DNA from: Trueperaceae bacterium
Lineage (GTDB): Bacteria; Deinococcota; Deinococci; Deinococcales; Trueperaceae
NCBI GenBank assembly: GCA_035703635.1
Contig: DASSXV010000025.1
Location: forward strand, 1 to 64,000
DNA length: 64,000 nucleotides
Reading direction: 5' to 3'
The notes beneath the pieces are model-generated. The model saw only the letters and a program-made list of their open reading frames with translations. It was not told where the DNA came from and did not search any database. A program made the position numbers and the translations under genes. Every line of letters starts with the position of its first letter. The stretch's first letter is position 1. Of the stretch, positions 63,280-64,000 are shown in pieces.

Positions 63280-64000
63280 GTGCATAAAAGGTTGGTTTGG
63301 ATCGTAGTTGCCGCGCTGGTAGGTTTCGCAGCGGCCCAGGCTCCGGCCGTAAGCAAGGTCGGTTCGTTGATGTCGTTCACCGGCGCGCTTGCCGAGTTCG
63401 GGCCCGCCATCAACAACGGCGTCAACCTCGCCCTCGATCAGCTCAATGCGGCCGCCACGGCGGAACTCGGTGGCCCGATCGCCGAGCTCATCACCGAGGA
63501 CTCCGCTACGAGCCCAGCTGTCGGCGTTGACCGCGCCCGCAAGCTCGTCAACACCGACAACGTCGTAGCCATGGTCGGCGCGCTCTCGTCAGGCGTCACC
63601 GTTGCCGTGGCAGAGTCCGTCGCCATCCCGAGCAACGTCGTCATGGTCTCCCCGGCCTCCACCTCGCCACTCGTCGGCATGCTGCCAGATGCGAGCGACT
63701 TCATCTACCGCACGGTCGCTTCCGACGCCCTTCAAGGCGTGGTCGGCGCCCAGCTCGCACGCGGCGAGATCGTCCCGGGCCACTCGTTCGATACGGCTTC
63801 CATCATCTACGTCAACAACCCATACGGCCAGGGCCTCACTGAAGCCTTCGAGGCCGCCTTCACCGCCCGCGGCGGCAAGGTCCTCGCCAAGGTCGCCCAC
63901 CCAGAGGAACCACAGCCAACCTACGCCGCTCAACTCGAGCAGGCGCTCGCTGGCAACCCGGGCGTCCTCGTCGCCATCAGCTACCCCGGCCAGGCCACCG
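63280..64000 (+). CDS. branched-chain amino-acid-type ABC substrate-binding protein, 3'-truncated (absent from ORF track)
   Basis: GGAGGAG RBS, GTG start, signal peptide (AAA-Q), SFTGALAEFG, GALSSGVT, VSPASTSP, YVNNPYGQG; open to the window end. Confidence 0.9.
   Translation, partial: MHKRLVWIVVAALVGFAAAQAPAVSKVGSLMSFTGALAEFGPAINNGVNLALDQLNAAATAELGGPIAELITEDSATSPAVGVDRARKLVNTDNVVAMVGALSSGVTVAVAESVAIPSNVVMVSPASTSPLVGMLPDASDFIYRTVASDALQGVVGAQLARGEIVPGHSFDTASIIYVNNPYGQGLTEAFEAAFTARGGKVLAKVAHPEEPQPTYAAQLEQALAGNPGVLVAISYPGQAT

Overview
High-GC bacterial chromosome segment, very probably Deinococcota (Thermus-type EF-P with a KIGRGG loop, RsmD with APPY, bshC, lysJ/argD, many leaderless genes with a TANNNT box 5-8 nt before the start; Trueperaceae-like is a guess). 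Most of it is housekeeping: pyrF, secA, rsmD, ddl, efp-accB-accC-asp23-nusB-folD, an opp ABC operon, secG, tRNA-Leu(CAA), purQLF, bshC, guaB, ruvC and two glnA genes. The standout is a ~16 kb lipid locus (8868-24777). Its main operon encodes a serine palmitoyltransferase-type enzyme, a bacterial ceramide synthase (bCerS/YghO)-type GNAT, a CPBP membrane protein, an extended-SDR reductase, a GT28 and a UPF0104 flippase-like protein. Facing it are a GT4 and a double-SDR fusion, and beyond those a divergent ABC + MMPL export arm and a tandem-LEA lipoprotein. Together this looks like a glycosphingolipid synthesis and export system in a phylum where I know of no experimental report of sphingolipids. 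A second candidate system is a lipoprotein-anchored cohesin plus a secreted dockerin-bearing pseudo-metalloprotease (54353-56556). No CRISPR array, transposase, integrase or prophage was seen. All calls come from reading motifs by eye; no database search was run.
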